This document shows, piece by piece, positions 16,606 through 27,127 of a DNA stretch of 64,000 nt. Where the stretch lies: contig DASWZV010000163.1 of NCBI GenBank assembly GCA_036407095.1, positions 57,105-121,104 on the forward strand, written 5' to 3'. Below the pieces are notes generated by a model. The model saw only the letters and a list, made by a program, of their open reading frames with translations, was not told the DNA's origin and did not search any database. Position 1 is the first letter of the stretch, and every line of letters starts with the position of its first letter. Origin of the DNA: Vicinamibacterales bacterium (lineage in GTDB: Bacteria; Acidobacteriota; Vicinamibacteria; Vicinamibacterales; UBA2999). The position numbers were made by a program, and so were the translations under genes.

Positions 16606-17716
16606 ACGTACCAATTTTCAGCAGCCTGCTCGCGTTGCCTCCGAGAATGGCTTCTTTGTCAGCGTTGCTCAGCGACTTCGCATTCAAAACGAAATCGATC
16701 CCGACCGGCCAGTCGAAGGGATAGTCGGTCCCGTACACGATCTGTCCGACGCCGGCTTCCGCGACGAGATGCCGCAGACCTTCGTCGTGAAAGATCATCG
16801 TGTCGACGAAGAGCTCTTTCCTGAAGTACTCGCTCGGCTTCTTCTTGAGTGCCTTGCAGTCGGCGCCGCTGCTGCCGCCCCGGCCGCACAGTGCGTCCGA
16901 CCGCCCCGCGTACGAGGCGAGATACCCGCCGGCATGCGCCGCGCAGATCTTGAGTCCGGGGAATCGATCGAGGGTGCCCTCGAAGATCAAGTGCGAGAGA
17001 AACACCGTCGTCTCGAGCGGGTTGCCAATCGTGTTCCCCAGCAGCCCCTTGCCCTGGAGTCGCATGTTCTGCGTCGTACCCGGCGCCGGCTGCGGGTGCA
17101 TGAACAGCAGCACACCGAGCTCCTCCGCTTTGGCCCAGAACGGATCGAACTTCCGATCCGAGAGCTCCATGCCTTCGACGCTGCCACCGATCGCGGCACC
17201 GCGCAGACCGAGCTTCTTGACTGCCTGCTCCAATTGATCGGCCGCGAGATCGGGGTGCTGCAACGCGAGCGACGCCATCCCGACGAAGCGGTCGGGGTGC
17301 TTCCCACACCACTGTGAGATCTTCTCGTTCTGGAGCGCGATCAGATCGCGGGCGAGGGCACGATCGGCGTTGTATCCCCAGGCATTGATGTTGATCACCT
17401 GGTAGTCGATTCCCTGCGCGTCCATGTCGACCAGACGCTGCGGGTTGCCGAGGGCAATAGCGTCGGTCAGTGTGGCCTTCGCCGCAGCGGCGAGCGGCGT
17501 GTCCTTGACCAGATCGACGACCTCGCGAACGAAGCAGTGCGCGTGGACATCGACTGTGCGGACGCGCTTGCCGTTGATGACCGCTTCGCGCCTCTTGCCC
17601 GGTGGCGCGCCAACCTGACGCGCCGCGGCTGCGACGCCTGCCAGCTCATGGCGACCCAGAAGAAATCCGGCAGCGGCACCCGCACTGTTTCTGAGGAAGT
17701 CACGTCGATTCGGCAC
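16604..17716 (-). CDS. Tat-exported metal-dependent amidohydrolase (Amidohydro_2 family)
   Basis: Twin-arginine leader MPNRRDFLRNSAGAAAG. VDVHAHCF metal motif. 370 aa. Confidence 0.8.
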   Translation of the reverse strand: MPNRRDFLRNSAGAAAGFLLGRHELAGVAAAARQVGAPPGKRREAVINGKRVRTVDVHAHCFVREVVDLVKDTPLAAAAKATLTDAIALGNPQRLVDMDAQGIDYQVININAWGYNADRALARDLIALQNEKISQWCGKHPDRFVGMASLALQHPDLAADQLEQAVKKLGLRGAAIGGSVEGMELSDRKFDPFWAKAEELGVLLFMHPQPAPGTTQNMRLQGKGLLGNTIGNPLETTVFLSHLIFEGTLDRFPGLKICAAHAGGYLASYAGRSDALCGRGGSSGADCKALKKKPSEYFRKELFVDTMIFHDEGLRHLVAEAGVGQIVYGTDYPFDWPVGIDFVLNAKSLSNADKEAILGGNASRLLKIGT

Positions 17717-18123
17717 GGCTCCTCCTGAACGTGAACGATGGGCTGGCGGATTATACGTTCAAGTGGAAGAACTGGAAGGGAGTGGGCACGACCGTTGCTC
17801 CGGCCCCCCCGAGGAGTTCGACCTATGGACCGCAGCGATAGCCTCCGACAGCCCGACGATAGAGCCGACAAGCGACTCACTCATCCGACGCCGCCCGAGC
17901 TCGAGGGGATCAGCCCACTGAATCCATCGACGTTTCCACGCGCCGAAGACGACGCCGACACCTTCGCCCACAGCCCCGAGTTCCACGACCTCCCCGATCG
18001 CGGATCCAACGTGGGCAAAGCGGACGAAGAGAAAAAGTAGAAGTGTTCTCGAGCGGCGAGCGCAGCTAAGATCGGCCATCTTGGCGGCGACGGCCGGCGA
18101 CAATGCCGCATCGAGGAGCACCG

Positions 18124-19185
18124 ATGAAGGTCTTCGTGATCGTTCTGGTCGCGATCGTGTCCAGCGCGCCGCTCTCCGCTCAATGGTTGAGCCAGCCGAC
18201 GCAGGGCATTCCGCGAACAGCGGACGGCAAACCGAATCTCGACGCACCTGTGCCACGCACTCCCGACGGCAAACCCGATCTCTCTGGGCTGTGGACCAGG
18301 ATCTCGCCGAAGTACTCACGGAACATCGCGGCCGACGTGAACCCCGGAGACATCCAGCCGTGGGCACGGACGCTCGTCGAGCGGCGCAGAGAAGATCTCG
18401 GCAAGGACTATATGAACGTGCGCTGTCTTCCTCTCGGGCCCGGCTACACCACCGCCGCCGACAGCACCGGCGCCGAGATGATGAAGATCGTCCAGACGCC
18501 TGGACTCATACTCCTGCTGAATCCGGACCTGACCTACCGTCAGGTTTTTCTCGACGGACGCACACTGGAGTCTGCGCCGAACCCGAACTGGATGGGGTAC
18601 TCAGTCGGTCGTTGGGAGGGAGACACGCTCGTCGTCGAGAGCAACGGCTTCAACGATCGCACCTGGCTGGATCACGACGGCCATCCACACACCGAACAGT
18701 TGCGCACGACGGAACGCTATCGTCGCACGAACATCGGCTCACTCACGATCGACGTGACCTTCTCGGACCCTGGCGCATATGCGAAACCATGGACCGTTTC
18801 GGTGCGCGCCGCGCTCGCTCCAGACACCGAGATGATCGAGTGGGTCTGCAACGAAAGCCCGCACGGCGTGGAGCACTGGGTCGGCAAGGCCTCCGATGAA
18901 CGCAAGGGCGAGGTGCAGGTCGATCCCGCGATTCTTGCGAAGTACGTCGGCACCTATGTGGAGCAGCCTCCGTTCTGGAGAGCGATCGCTCGGGTGGTCG
19001 AGATCACCGTTGCCGATGGTAAGCTCGTGGCCGACATGGACGGTCGCGGAAAGGTCACGCTGATCGCCACATCGGACACCGAGTTCTCCGGCCTCTACGG
19101 ACTCGGCGTCGGCTTCACTCAGGGCGGCTCGGGCGGCCTGTTCGTCAAACACGTCTCCGGCAACTACCGGTTCGCGAGGAAGTAG
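18124..19185 (+). CDS. secreted conserved hypothetical protein (paralog of 23009..23866)
   Basis: Signal peptide MKVFVIVLVAIVSSAPLSA. It shares GRWEGDTLVVESNGFNDRTWL...HTEQLRTTERYRR with the other copy. Confidence 0.7.
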   Translation: MKVFVIVLVAIVSSAPLSAQWLSQPTQGIPRTADGKPNLDAPVPRTPDGKPDLSGLWTRISPKYSRNIAADVNPGDIQPWARTLVERRREDLGKDYMNVRCLPLGPGYTTAADSTGAEMMKIVQTPGLILLLNPDLTYRQVFLDGRTLESAPNPNWMGYSVGRWEGDTLVVESNGFNDRTWLDHDGHPHTEQLRTTERYRRTNIGSLTIDVTFSDPGAYAKPWTVSVRAALAPDTEMIEWVCNESPHGVEHWVGKASDERKGEVQVDPAILAKYVGTYVEQPPFWRAIARVVEITVADGKLVADMDGRGKVTLIATSDTEFSGLYGLGVGFTQGGSGGLFVKHVSGNYRFARK

Positions 19186-19361
19186 CGGGCAAGTTCTATA
19201 ACTGAACGCGTCAGATCAGATTCAGCGGTTTTGTGAACGCATGTGCCAGGACGAAACAGTGACGCGCATCCTGCCGCGCCGGGGCTTCCCGAGCCTGCAC
19301 GCCATTTTCCAATTTTCCCCACCGTCGATGCTGGTCCTGCGTTTGCTCTAACCCGATCCTT

Positions 19362-22109
19362 GTGGATCTCGTTGTCGAAATCTCGGGGCTGATCGTCACA
19401 GCGATCGTCGTCTCGGCCATCGCGACGAGATGGGTCCGTACCGACGAGGGGATCATGCAGCCGTTTTTCGTGATCGACATCACGGCACTGCTGCTCCTCG
19501 GTCCGAGAGTGGCGATGTTCGTCGCCGCAGCCGGCGCGATCACGCGCGGCCTGGTCCGCACACGAGCAGCGCAACCGCTCCCACGAGTCATCGCGCGTGC
19601 GGTCACCGCCGTGATCGCCATCCAGACGACGGGGCTGGCACATTGGCTGCTCGGAGGAACTGTCGGTGATCTCGGCTGGCCGTCGCAGTTGGTGCCGCTC
19701 GCCGGCGACGTTGCGGCCTATCTGCTCACGACGCGCGCCTCTGCCGACGTCATCGAGCCGCTCCTCAGCGGAGAAGAGCCGAACACACGTCAGCGGCCGA
19801 ATGTCCTCATCGCCTCCGCTCCCTACATCGTCGGGGTGAGCATCGCGGTCGGCCTCGCCGCCTTGATCGAACAGCAGTTGTGGGAGGCCTTGCCGGTCGC
19901 GGCCGTGCCGCTCTTCTTCGTGGGCTACGCGTACTACGACTACGTGCACCGCGTCGAGAACGACCGGCGGCGCCGGGAGGTGCTCGAGTCGCTCGATCAA
20001 GGCCTGTCGGTCCTGGACCGCAACGGGTTCGTCACGTTCTGGGACGATGCGCTGGAGCACATCGTCGGATGCTCGCGAACGCAGGCGATGGGGCGCTCGG
20101 TGTTCGACGCGTTGCCGACCCTTCGTAACACCGATCTGCCGCGAGCGATCAGCGACGCGCTGACGAAGAGCACGCTGACCAAGAGCACGTCGAGAACGTT
20201 GACGCGTCTCGGGGTCACGTCATCTTCCGGCGCGCGAGTGCTGAACGTGTCGGTCCTCTCGGTCGACGATGGCGTGTCACTGCTCTGGCAGGATGTCACG
20301 GTCAGTTCCCGCGAGGAGCAGACCCTCAAGCGAAACGAAGAGCGGCTGGCGCTTGCCGCGCAGGGTGCCAGCGACGGCTTGTGGGAGTGGGATCTCCGCA
20401 GCGGGGAGTTCTACGTCTCCGGCCGCTGGCGCGCGCTGCTCGGTCTTCCCAACGAGGCTGCGATCGTGCGCGCCGAAGAATGGATCAATCGCGTCCACGA
20501 CGATGACATCATCGTGCTCAGAGAAGCGCTCGAAGCGCACGTCTCCGGGAAGACCGATCACTTCCAGCTCGAGCACCGCATTCGCCACGAGGATGGGACG
20601 TACCGGCGATTCCTGTGCCGCGGCATTGCGATCCGCGGCATCGACCGCCCGCGTATTGCCGGATCGTTGACCGATACGACGGAGCGAGCGAAGGAGCAGG
20701 AGCAGCTCCGGAGCGCCGGATTCCGCGATCCGCTGACCGGGCTGTCCAACCGCAGTGTGTTCGTCGAACACCTTGGACGCCGGCTCGATGAGTTCAAGCG
20801 TCGGCGCGGCGAGCGGTTCGCCGTCCTCTACCTCGACCTCGACCGCTTCAAGGTCGTCAACGACAGCCTTGGCCACATGGTCGGCGACGAACTCCTGATC
20901 GCAGTCTCGCGCCGGCTCGAATCCTGTCTGCGTCCCTCCGACGCGCTGGCTCGTCTGGGCGGCGACGAGTTCGCCATCCTGCTGAACGGCTTGAGCGACG
21001 AGCAGCTGGCGAACGTCATTGCGTTCCGCATCCAGGAATCACTGAGTGCGCCGTTTTCGATCGGCAACCGCGAGGTGTTCACGTCGGCCAGCATCGGCAT
21101 CGCCCCGGGATTGTCAGAGTACTCGAACCCGGAAGAGATCATGCGTGACGCCGACACCGCGATGTATCACGCGAAAGCGCGCGGCAAGGCGAGGCACGAG
21201 CTGTTCGACGCCGACATGCACGCGCGCACACGCGACCGTCTCGGGCTCGAAAACGATCTTCGGCATGCGGTGAGCAACCAGGATTTCGAAGTGAAGTACC
21301 AGCCGATCGTCTCGTTGGCCTCGGGCCGGTGCGTTGGCTTCGAATCACTGGTGCGCTGGACCCGTCACGGCGAGGCCATCCCTCCCGCGACGTTCATTCC
21401 GATCGCCGAGGAACTTGGGCTGATCGAAGCGCTGGGCACGTGGGTCATGGAGCAGGCGTGCTTTGCATTCGCCCATTGGCTGCGTCGATTCCCCAAGAGC
21501 GGTCTCGAGTGGATCACCGTGAACGTCTCGAGCCGCCAGCTGATGCAGCAGAACTTCATGCGACTGGTCGAACAGGCAGTGCATCAATCAGGGCTCGGGC
21601 CGAACGACGTCCGGCTCGAAATCACCGAGACCGCGTTGATGGACAGCCCCAACAACGTCGCGGAAGTGCTGCGCGAGCTGAGAGATTTCGGCGTGAAGAT
21701 CTATCTCGACGACTTCGGGACCGGCTATTCGTCGCTCAGCCACCTGCACAAGCTGCCGGTCGACGCGCTCAAGATCGATCGGTCGTTCGTGAAGAGCCTG
21801 CTGGTACCCGATCGTCCCGCCACTGTCGAGAGCATCCTGGCGCTCGCCCGAACGTTGAATACGAGCGTCGTGGCGGAAGGCATCGAGAACGCCGGCGAGG
21901 CACGCGAGCTGGAGCGCCTCGGGTGCACACACGCGCAGGGCTTCTTCTTCTCACGTCCGCTGTCGAAAGAGGCGGTCGAGACGTTGCTGATGGCCGACGA
22001 ACCACTTGGCACCCAGCACCAGCCGTCCGATCTCGTCATCGCGGCCCGACGCGAGCCCGCCTTCTTCACGACGCGGTTCGAGTGGCCCGAGCGGCTGCTG
22101 TCGCAATGA
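19362..22109 (+). CDS. membrane-anchored PAS/GGDEF/EAL signalling protein (diguanylate cyclase/phosphodiesterase)
   Basis: GTG start. N-terminal TM helices and PAS-like segments. GGDEF box RLGGDEFAIL. EAL-domain motifs FESLVRW and DDFGTGYSSL. Confidence 0.9.
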   Translation: MDLVVEISGLIVTAIVVSAIATRWVRTDEGIMQPFFVIDITALLLLGPRVAMFVAAAGAITRGLVRTRAAQPLPRVIARAVTAVIAIQTTGLAHWLLGGTVGDLGWPSQLVPLAGDVAAYLLTTRASADVIEPLLSGEEPNTRQRPNVLIASAPYIVGVSIAVGLAALIEQQLWEALPVAAVPLFFVGYAYYDYVHRVENDRRRREVLESLDQGLSVLDRNGFVTFWDDALEHIVGCSRTQAMGRSVFDALPTLRNTDLPRAISDALTKSTLTKSTSRTLTRLGVTSSSGARVLNVSVLSVDDGVSLLWQDVTVSSREEQTLKRNEERLALAAQGASDGLWEWDLRSGEFYVSGRWRALLGLPNEAAIVRAEEWINRVHDDDIIVLREALEAHVSGKTDHFQLEHRIRHEDGTYRRFLCRGIAIRGIDRPRIAGSLTDTTERAKEQEQLRSAGFRDPLTGLSNRSVFVEHLGRRLDEFKRRRGERFAVLYLDLDRFKVVNDSLGHMVGDELLIAVSRRLESCLRPSDALARLGGDEFAILLNGLSDEQLANVIAFRIQESLSAPFSIGNREVFTSASIGIAPGLSEYSNPEEIMRDADTAMYHAKARGKARHELFDADMHARTRDRLGLENDLRHAVSNQDFEVKYQPIVSLASGRCVGFESLVRWTRHGEAIPPATFIPIAEELGLIEALGTWVMEQACFAFAHWLRRFPKSGLEWITVNVSSRQLMQQNFMRLVEQAVHQSGLGPNDVRLEITETALMDSPNNVAEVLRELRDFGVKIYLDDFGTGYSSLSHLHKLPVDALKIDRSFVKSLLVPDRPATVESILALARTLNTSVVAEGIENAGEARELERLGCTHAQGFFFSRPLSKEAVETLLMADEPLGTQHQPSDLVIAARREPAFFTTRFEWPERLLSQ

Positions 22110-22135
22110 CCGCGTCCGTCGCGCTTGGTCGCGCC

Positions 22136-22338
22136 GGCAGGAATCAGGGACGACGACCGACGGTGGCCGTCTCCGACGCCTGCCAGCACCCGACTGGCTG
22201 ACGCATTCCTCCGCGCCGCGATCCGCTCGCCGGCCAATACCGGGGTCCCCGCCGCGCACGCTTCCGCGGTGGGGTGGGAGTGGCGTCTCCGGCGTGCGCG
22301 CTGCCGGCGCGGAAGGATGCGTCAACCTGGTTGGCGCA
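22136..22338. mobile_element. MITE-like element W (family 4): 45-bp tail + TIR-bounded core
   Basis: CAGCACCCGACTGGCTGACGCATTCC at 22184-22209 and GGATGCGTCAACCTGGTTGGCGCA at 22315-22338. The tail 22136-22180 is the reverse complement of 38870-38914 (about 3 mismatches in 45). Confidence 0.65.
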
Positions 22339-22411
22339 ATCGGAGTCAGCAGAGAGGCCCGCCCGCACGATCGGTTCACTCGTCCGTTGCGATTTCGGTT
22401 CACGACCGTGG

Positions 22412-23002
22412 CTATCGATTCGCGCTTAGATAGAACCCGCTGAAGAAGCGCCTCAACGCGCGAATGAGCCAGACGGCGCTCAGGGCGATCACAATCAACG
22501 CGATGACGACCACGATGGCCGCGATCGTCGGATGGGCCAGGGCGAGAAAAGCCAGCATCGCCACAAAGCCGTCTTCAGACAGACTGAGCGCCCAGTTCGA
22601 GAGCGGCTCGGGGCTCGCGTTGACGGCCACCCGTGTGCCGGCTTTCGCGAAGTGACTGCTCGACGCCAGCGCGGCGCCGACGAACGCGGCGGCGGTCTGC
22701 GCGCCGGGACCGGCGTTGGCAGCCGAGGTGACCGCGATGAACGCGCCTCCCGCCGGGCGAATGATGGTGTGCACGAGATCCCAGACGGAATCGACCCACG
22801 GGATCTTGTCGGCGAAGAATTCCACGACATACAACACGATCGCCGAGCCGATGATCCAGTTGTTGTCGAACAGGTTGTATTGAGGCGGGAGATCGACCCA
22901 GTGATACCGGCTCGCGAGGCCGAGAATCGCGACCGTCGCGTACAGATTGATCCCTGAGATGAACCCCAACCCGAGAGTGCGGCCGAGGGCGTCACCGAAC
23001 AT
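22412..23002 (-). CDS. DUF4126-family membrane protein
   Basis: 196 aa, polytopic. GFISGINLYATVAILGL...FFADKIPWVDSVWD is typical of DUF4126. Confidence 0.7.
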   Translation of the reverse strand: MFGDALGRTLGLGFISGINLYATVAILGLASRYHWVDLPPQYNLFDNNWIIGSAIVLYVVEFFADKIPWVDSVWDLVHTIIRPAGGAFIAVTSAANAGPGAQTAAAFVGAALASSSHFAKAGTRVAVNASPEPLSNWALSLSEDGFVAMLAFLALAHPTIAAIVVVIALIVIALSAVWLIRALRRFFSGFYLSANR

Positions 23003-23008
23003 AACGAA

Positions 23009-23866
23009 CTACTTTCCCTGCAGCTCCTGCTGACGAAGCTTTTCGAGCTCCTCCAGCTCCTTGTTGTTCGTGCAGTAGAACTCGTAGATCTCCCCGTTGC
23101 CCAGGGTCCATCGCCGCGGCGCCGACTTCCACGGCTTCTGCAGCACCTTGGGATCGTCCACGGTGATCTCGACGATCAGATAGTTCATGGACGGGCGTGT
23201 GTAGCGCTCGGTGACGTGAAGATCTTCGCTGTGGAACCAGCCGTTGGGTTGAATGTAGGTGCGCTCGTCGAATCCGGTCGAGTCGACGACGAGCGTATCG
23301 CCCTCCCAGCGCGCGGTGCTGTTGCCATGGAAGAAGGGCTCCGGCTGCTTGGGCACCGGGCGGCCGTCCAGATGAATGATCCGCCAGTTGTTCAGCACTT
23401 CGTACAGCTGCGCCATGAGGCCCGGCTTGTGCACGATGTACGTCGTGTAGGGGTTCTGCAACCAGATCGCGGGCACGCCACGCGGCATGCAGTTCACCGA
23501 CGACTTCGACAGCTCGAGCTCGGTCGGCGTCATCGACTTGATCTTCTCGAGCGCCCACGGTTGAAACGCTGGACGCTCCTCCGGCGTGACCTTCGGATCG
23601 AATTGACGCATCGCGGCCGGATCGACGCCGAAGCGGCCAGACACACCCTGGCCTGCGCTGTTCGGGAACCATTGACCGGTGAAATCAGGATGACCGTCCG
23701 AGAGTCGCGGCGTGGAACCGCCGGGCGGCATCACCGTGATCTCGTACTTTGGCGACTGCGCACTCGAGCTCTGCCCTCCCCTGCCTTGCGCGCGCATCGT
23801 CAAGGTCGCCATCATGCAGACCGCGAGCGTCATGAAACCGGCGCAACGAACGAAAGGGTTCCGCAC
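23009..23866 (-). CDS. secreted conserved hypothetical protein (paralog of 18124..19185)
   Basis: GTG 23866 lies 5 nt after the upstream stop (ATG 23833 is the alternative). Motif ARWEGDTLVVDSTGFDERTYI...HSEDLHVTERYTR. The longer ORF to 24232 overlaps the upstream gene. Confidence 0.7.
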   Translation of the reverse strand: MRNPFVRCAGFMTLAVCMMATLTMRAQGRGGQSSSAQSPKYEITVMPPGGSTPRLSDGHPDFTGQWFPNSAGQGVSGRFGVDPAAMRQFDPKVTPEERPAFQPWALEKIKSMTPTELELSKSSVNCMPRGVPAIWLQNPYTTYIVHKPGLMAQLYEVLNNWRIIHLDGRPVPKQPEPFFHGNSTARWEGDTLVVDSTGFDERTYIQPNGWFHSEDLHVTERYTRPSMNYLIVEITVDDPKVLQKPWKSAPRRWTLGNGEIYEFYCTNNKELEELEKLRQQELQGK

Positions 23867-23871
23867 GGGTC

Positions 23872-24276
23872 TCAATCCTGAATCTGCCCGACTTGCCGCA
23901 GCACACCATCCGAGAACTTCAGCGTGCCCGCGGCGGCCGCGTTCGGCTTGCCGGTCTTCGAGAGGCAGCCTCTCACCCACACTGACTTGTTGACGTTGTC
24001 GAGAAACACCTGGCGGTCGGTGCCGTTTCTCCGCAGCGTGACCGGCGAGTACGCCTGAAACGACCAGTTCTCGACCTTGCCCTTGTCGTCTTTCACATCG
24101 ACATAGAAGTACGGGTGCGGGTTCTGCCAGTCGACTTTCGTCAGCGTCCCGGTGAAATCGCGACACCTGGTCGCGTCCCACTCGGCCGCAAACGAGTGAT
24201 GCGCGCCGGCCGGCGCGGCGAACAGTACGCACGCGAACGTAGTCGCGACCACGGCACGCACATGCTGGATCGTCAT
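23872..24276 (-). CDS. DUF6152-like small secreted protein
   Basis: Uses the internal ATG at 24276. Signal peptide, then AHHSFAAEWD...VDWQNPHPYFYVDVKDDKGKVENW. The ORF-track N-terminus (to 24333) is a translated REP hairpin. Confidence 0.65.
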   Translation of the reverse strand: MTIQHVRAVVATTFACVLFAAPAGAHHSFAAEWDATRCRDFTGTLTKVDWQNPHPYFYVDVKDDKGKVENWSFQAYSPVTLRRNGTDRQVFLDNVNKSVWVRGCLSKTGKPNAAAAGTLKFSDGVLRQVGQIQD

Positions 24277-24290
24277 CGACCCCTCTCGTA

Positions 24291-24325
24291 TGTAGTGTCC
24301 GGCTTCAGCCGGACCTCCGTGTCTC
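24291..24325. repeat. REP-like hairpin (family 3) fused to a CTCCGTGTCTC motif (family 1)
   Basis: GTCCGGC-TTCA-GCCGGAC at 24297-24314, followed by CTCCGTGTCTC. Confidence 0.75.
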
Positions 24326-24343
24326 AATTTCAATCGTTGGAGT

Positions 24344-24976
24344 CTACACGAGAGCCGCGCTGCCGCGCTTCGCCACCCCGCGGTACAGGAACCCGGCGAA
24401 CTTCGGCGCGCTTTTCAGGTAATCGTGCTCGAGCCACTCGATCGTCAAGCCCGCCTGCTCGATGAGGGTGGATATACGACGGTTCAGATGACAACCGCCG
24501 AACACACGCTGCTCGATCCCGTCCAGGCGATTCTGCCAGCGCACAACCCTGGGATCGTCGGACAGGCCATGCTCGACAAAATAGAAGCGTCCGTCGGGCG
24601 TGAGGGCGCGCCGCACTTCGCGCAGCGCTCCGGCGACATCCGGAATCGTGCAGAGCGTGAACGTGCTGACGATCGAGGCAAAACTCGCGTCGGGCACCGG
24701 CAGCTTGTCCGCGGACAGCCCGACGAACTCCACCGGAAACGGCGCTGCCGCGATCCGCGTGCGCCCCAATCTCGCTGATCGCTCCGAGGGGTCGACACCG
24801 ACCACCTTCGTGACGGCGCGAGGATAGTACGGAAGGTTGTGACCGGCGCCGAATCCGATCTCGAGCACGTCGCCTTGGACATCCTTGAGACATCGGCCTC
24901 GTTCGTCTTTCACGTCTGCCGTGTCCATCGCAAGGTTCATGATGTACGGGAGAATGCGCTTCTCGTAAAAGCCCAT
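24344..24976 (-). CDS. class I SAM-dependent methyltransferase (Methyltransf_11-like)
   Basis: Motif I VLEIGFGAGHN. Post-motif II segment ALREVRRALTPDGRFYFVEH. Confidence 0.8.
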   Translation of the reverse strand: MGFYEKRILPYIMNLAMDTADVKDERGRCLKDVQGDVLEIGFGAGHNLPYYPRAVTKVVGVDPSERSARLGRTRIAAAPFPVEFVGLSADKLPVPDASFASIVSTFTLCTIPDVAGALREVRRALTPDGRFYFVEHGLSDDPRVVRWQNRLDGIEQRVFGGCHLNRRISTLIEQAGLTIEWLEHDYLKSAPKFAGFLYRGVAKRGSAALV

Positions 24977-25023
24977 CGGCGGCGCCTTCTATTCCTGAAT
25001 GAAGGAATGCTAATAAGTACTAC

Positions 25024-26970
25024 ATGTCCATGAGCGACACGAGCACGCGCGAAACCCTGGGCTTTCAGGCGGAAGTGACCGAACTCCTGCGCCTGATGAT
25101 CCATTCGCTGTACGGCAACAAAGAGATCTTTCTGCGCGAGCTGGTCTCGAACGCATCGGACGCAGCCGACAAGCTCCGGTTCGAGGCCATGGCCGACCCC
25201 GCCCTCTATGAGAACGACCCCGACCCGAAGATCCGCGTCAGCTACGACACGCAGGCACGGACGCTCACGGTGTCCGACAACGGCGTCGGCATGTCGCGGC
25301 CGGAAGTGATCGAGCAGATCGGGACGATCGCGAAGTCGGGAACGCGCGAATTCCTGTCGCGGCTCGCCGCCGAGCAGGCCAAGGGCGCGAACCTGATCGG
25401 CCAGTTCGGCGTCGGGTTCTATTCCTCGTTCATCGTCGCCGAGCGTGTCACGCTGGTGACGCGACGGGGAGGGCTGACCGCCGAACACGGGGTCCGTTGG
25501 GAAAGCAGCGGCGAAGGCGGTTACACCGTCGAAACCATCCACAAGGACTCGCGTGGCACCGATGTGGTGCTGCACCTGCGCCCCGAGGAGGATGAACTCC
25601 TCACCGGCACGAGACTGCGCGAGATTCTCCGCAAATACTCCGATCACATCACCGTCCCCATCCTCATGAAAAAGGAGCGATGGGATTCGACGGCCCGCGC
25701 CAACGTCGTGACCGACGAGAACGAGCAGATCAATCAGGCCTCGGCGCTGTGGGCACGGCCCAAGTCGGAGATCACGGAAGCGCAGTACGTCGAGTGCTAC
25801 AAGCACGTGGCTCACGACTTCGAGGCACCGCTCGCCTACACGCATGGCCGGGTCGAAGGGCGCCAGGAGTTCACGCAGCTCTTCTTCATCCCGGCGCGCG
25901 CCCCGTTCGACTTGTGGGACCGCACCCATCGTCACGGAATCAAGCTCTACGTGCGGCGTGTCTTCATCATGGACGATGCCGAGCAGCTGATGCCGGTGTA
26001 CCTGCGATTCGTTCGCGGCATCATCGACTCGAACGATCTGCCGCTCAACGTGTCGCGCGAGATCCTGCAGCAGTCACGCGACGTGCAGACGATTCGCACC
26101 GCGTCGATCAAACGCGTCCTGACGCTGCTCGAAGACCTGGCCGCGAATCAGACAGATCAGTTCGCGACCTTCTGGAAGGAGTTCGGCCAGGTGCTCAAGG
26201 AAGGCATCGCCGAGGATGCCGCCAACCGCGAGCGGATTTCGAAGCTGCTGCGCTTCGCCTCGACACACACCGGCACCGACGAACAAATCGTGTCGCTTGC
26301 CGACTACCGTTCGCGAATGAAAGAGGGACAGGACGCGCTCTACTACATCACCGCGGACGGCATCGCGGCCGCACGTCACAGCCCCCATCTCGAGATCTTC
26401 CGTAAGCACGGCGTCGAGGTCCTGCTGCTGTCCGACCGCGTCGACGAATGGCTCGTCTCGACGCTCACTGAGTTCGACGGCACGCCGCTGCGATCGGTGG
26501 CCAAGGGCGGTCTCGATGTGGCGACGCTGGGCGCCGACGCCGCAAAGCTGGACGAGCAGACGCCATCGGACGAACACAAAGGGCTGGTGGAGCGTATGCA
26601 GGGCGTGCTGAAGGATCGGGCGAGCGCGGTGCGGGTCACGCACCGTCTCACCGAGTCGCCTGCCTGCCTCGTGACCGACGAGCGCGGGATGAGCACGCAT
26701 CTCGAGCGCATGCTCAAGGCCGCGGGCCAGGACGTGCGCACCCCACGGCCGATCCTCGAGATCAACCCGCAGCATCCGATCGTGCAGCGTCTGGCCGACG
26801 AATCGGACGAGGCGCGGTTCGCCGACTGGAGTCAGATCCTCTTCGATCAGGCAACGCTCGCCGAAGGCGGACAGTTGGACGATCCCGCGACCTTCGTCAA
26901 ACGGCTCAACGACATCATGCTGTCGCTCGCCGGTCGCACCGCCTCGCGCATCTGGACACCGGGGGCCTGA
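25024..26970 (+). CDS. htpG: molecular chaperone HtpG (Hsp90)
   Basis: Motifs [39 protein letters not shown] and [10 protein letters not shown]. 648 aa. Confidence 0.95.
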   Translation: MSMSDTSTRETLGFQAEVTELLRLMIHSLYGNKEIFLRELVSNASDAADKLRFEAMADPALYENDPDPKIRVSYDTQARTLTVSDNGVGMSRPEVIEQIGTIAKSGTREFLSRLAAEQAKGANLIGQFGVGFYSSFIVAERVTLVTRRGGLTAEHGVRWESSGEGGYTVETIHKDSRGTDVVLHLRPEEDELLTGTRLREILRKYSDHITVPILMKKERWDSTARANVVTDENEQINQASALWARPKSEITEAQYVECYKHVAHDFEAPLAYTHGRVEGRQEFTQLFFIPARAPFDLWDRTHRHGIKLYVRRVFIMDDAEQLMPVYLRFVRGIIDSNDLPLNVSREILQQSRDVQTIRTASIKRVLTLLEDLAANQTDQFATFWKEFGQVLKEGIAEDAANRERISKLLRFASTHTGTDEQIVSLADYRSRMKEGQDALYYITADGIAAARHSPHLEIFRKHGVEVLLLSDRVDEWLVSTLTEFDGTPLRSVAKGGLDVATLGADAAKLDEQTPSDEHKGLVERMQGVLKDRASAVRVTHRLTESPACLVTDERGMSTHLERMLKAAGQDVRTPRPILEINPQHPIVQRLADESDEARFADWSQILFDQATLAEGGQLDDPATFVKRLNDIMLSLAGRTASRIWTPGA

Positions 26971-27127
26971 GCTGACGTCACCAACGACCGGCCCCACCGT
27001 ATTCGTCCCGAAACACCGGGCGACATCGCTGGTCGATCGCGCGACCACCGGGCTGCCGCCGGAGCTCGCCAGTCGCGTCGCCAGCCGCCTGCAGACGCTC
27101 GCGTGGCTGTACGCCTTCACGTTCTTC

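Noticed and set aside
16400-17317. 305-aa plus-strand ORF
   Set aside because: It is antisense to the Tat-exported amidohydrolase, and its N-terminus is a translated REP hairpin (GPAEAGHY).
17811-17823. GAGGAGTTCGACC resembling a tRNA T-loop
   Set aside because: No acceptor, D or anticodon arms can be drawn around it, so I call no tRNA.
17738-18367. ORFs 17738..18040 (+) and 17759..18367 (-) in the gap between divergent genes
   Set aside because: They overlap each other and have no RBS and no recognisable motif. The region is more simply a ~400-bp divergent promoter region, so they are left uncalled.
24990-25010. Inverted repeat ATTCCT-GAATGA-AGGAAT upstream of htpG as a heat-shock operator
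   Set aside because: It does not match CIRCE (TTAGCACTC-N9-GAGTGCTAA) or a sigma-32 promoter. A 6-bp stem is too weak to call.
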